From assembly GCF_902652985.1 (NCBI RefSeq), contig NC_047019.1:4588001-4652000 (forward strand): a stretch of 64,000 nt of DNA. Direction: 5' to 3'. Below are positions 61,736 to 64,000 of the stretch, piece after piece (the first letter of the stretch is position 1; every line of letters starts with the position of its first letter). The translations under genes were made by a program, and so were the position numbers. This stretch comes from Pecten maximus. Its lineage: Eukaryota. Below the pieces are notes generated by a model that did no database searches, was not told where the DNA came from, and was given only the letters and a program-made list of their open reading frames with translations.

Positions 61736-62543
61736 TGTCACACGAGTAGTATAATATGTGGGTATTTCTTCAATTATGCACAAACAATGTTCAAATGAAG
61801 CACAGTTTATTTAACATAAACACAGACACACACACGGAGACAGTGACCTGAAATAAAAAGAACAATACCTAAAATACATACGGACACGTGTAAACGATGC
61901 CGACAATTACATTATTTAATACTTAACGCATTAAATATTCATTTAGGTATATTTTATATGTTTATATTATATTCTATTTTATTCCATAGTTACACTTTTA
62001 CAATAAACAATTATAATACATTATTTTTACAATAGCTTTGACCCTATGGAGCCCGACCACGTGTACGTCATATGTAAAATATTTTAACATATTAAGGGCA
62101 AGATATTTAAAATGCAAATATATTAGTTTAATGTATTTTATATATCAAATAGCTAAAATACATTAAATATGTATTTATATTATTATTTTAAATTAAATAA
62201 ACTTACCTAGAAGCACTGTGGCCGTAAAGCACACAGGCTTATACCAGACGTGTATGTTGGTGCAGGGTCTATAGCCGTTGTGGCTGCACTCACCTGGGCA
62301 AGGCCCAGGTAAAGTTTTCCACGTGCACGGGTATAGGGTCATGCAGGGTCAAAGTGACACACTCAACCAATCCTTGCGCTCACCTCTCATACGTCACCAT
62401 AACAACTATATACACAGGTACATAGGACATTATATGACACAGGGACTTGTACAAACATTATACACGATACACAGCGCAAGTATCTATACACACTTTACAT
62501 GTACAGGTGTTGGTCAGACTATTAAAGTTTGACCACCGTGACA
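61736..62543 (-). repeat. 5' LTR
   Basis: Direct repeat of 53213-54020; adjacent to the PBS. Confidence 0.97.
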
Positions 62544-62756
62544 TATACGGAGATCCAAATCTATCGATTACAGAGAATGAAAATATTTTCCATTGCATCC
62601 AACTTTATATTTTAAAAACCAAACGTTTTTTAAATTAATAGTGCCATTTTACGAGTCCCAAGAGGTCACTATAGTGCTGTATATTTACATTATATTACTA
62701 TGTTTTATTATGTCATTTTGCTTATGTAGTACCTATAGTATCACTAGGTCCCATTA

Positions 62757-62768
62757 CATATATATATA

Positions 62769-62822
<54 letters not shown>

Positions 62823-62860
62823 CCCCCCCCTCTCTCTCCCCCTCTATCTCTCTCTCTCTC
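62757..62860. repeat. (TA)n(TC)n microsatellite
   Basis: Read directly. Confidence 0.95.
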
Positions 62861-64000
62861 GTCAATAGTTTTGTTTTTAAGTTATACTATTTGACTAATA
62901 AATGGCTATACAGTGTTGTCACCCGCCAATCTATTATTTAAGGAGACAGATTTAAATAAGTATTTTCATACTTTTTTCTGAATCCTTTTATTATTATGTA
63001 TCATATATATGACATGTAAATATTGAATAAAATATTGTTTAAACTAACATAACAGAATGCGAGTATATTTCGTTTCGTATTAATACAATTTCTGAAAATG
63101 TAAATTTCTTATTACCTCTCTACCTTTAATAGAGGAGAGTTCCAAAGTAGCTTTTTGTTTTTGACAATCATGACGCATAAAATAGAGTTCAAGATAGAAA
63201 AAAACTGAATCCTCATGACATAGATATATAAAGTGCAAGCCTCAAGGAAATTCTTCATTATAAGGTATTTGTATGAGAAAAATAAGTGACCAAATTGATT
63301 TAATTATTGAACGTCAAGGCAGAAAAAGTAGAAATTCGTTTGACTTTCCTGTTGCAGTGTCGTGCAGTGAATGAGATCAGCATCTCCGATGTTTGGATAT
63401 TTTTATGCATGCTTGGGTGGTTTCGCTTGGGTTATATATTTATCTCCGTGTCTCTGAGTATACCGAAATGCCATCCGAGTGATGCATGATTGAATAGGGA
63501 AACCAATGCATAACTATTGACTTTCAGATCGGAACTATTGACTTTCAGATCGGAAGCTTGGCGCAAGTCATCCGCTTCCGTTATGCAGTGGGGTGCGATT
63601 TATTGTTTCGCGTTGGCTCCCTCTGTCCCTTCTATCAAAAATGCAAGACAGAAAATAAAGCCCCAACCTTGAATTGTACATTGTACAATTCCCCCCATCT
63701 ACATAACATTTATTATTGTATAAAGATATTGATTGAATTGAATCCTGCTTAACTTGAATTGACGTTATTATTGTAGTTGCCTTGTGTAGCTTTTGTTTGG
63801 TTTATCACTAAGTTAAAGGGCAATTTTGAGACAGTATTCTGGGTAGTATAACGTGTCTACCTCGCTTACTGAACATATCCTGTAGGAGGATAAAGCTTTG
63901 GATAGGAATTTTGATAAAGTCTTTTAGTGTTTTGCCTAAACTAAAGATCTTTAGTTTTTTAAGCATCTTTGAGTAATGAAAAATACAATTGCACTTCAAT

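Larger units (their letters stand above)
53213..62543 (-). mobile_element. Full-length Ty3/Gypsy LTR retrotransposon with an extra SGNH-hydrolase ORF
   Basis: 808-bp LTRs (TGTCAC...GTGACA) at 53213-54020 and 61736-62543; 4-bp TSD TATA (53209-53212, 62544-62547); PBS and PPT present; intact gag and PR-RT-RH-IN pol. Confidence 0.98.

Overview
AT-rich, intron-containing animal genomic DNA. The repeat families (tRNA-derived SINEs, Helentron-associated elements with internal arrays) point to a bivalve mollusc, possibly a scallop; this is an inference. 1-26 kb is mostly repeats: a 6.2-kb compound 28/31-bp minisatellite, 39-bp and 38-bp minisatellites, SINEs, MITEs and a HINE-like element. 26.8-42.9 kb holds a head-to-head pair of innate-immunity genes: Tollip (minus strand, 7 coding exons, two apparent 1-nt frameshifts) and a 3xBIR-UBA-RING inhibitor of apoptosis (plus strand, 7 coding exons, 726 aa), with a kB-type site between them. 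48.2-51.6 kb is a 37-bp hairpin satellite with higher-order structure. 53213-62543 is a young, intact Ty3/Gypsy LTR retrotransposon on the minus strand (808-bp LTRs, TATA TSD, tRNA-Lys PBS) and is the best candidate for an undescribed system. It has an intact extra SGNH/GDSL-hydrolase ORF upstream of a PNMA-like Gag that lacks a zinc knuckle. A 51-nt stem-loop is duplicated on both sides of gag-pol. Each LTR contains an intron-like block, an AG acceptor-like site lies just before each of the three ATGs, and a second PPT/LTR-start motif follows pol.
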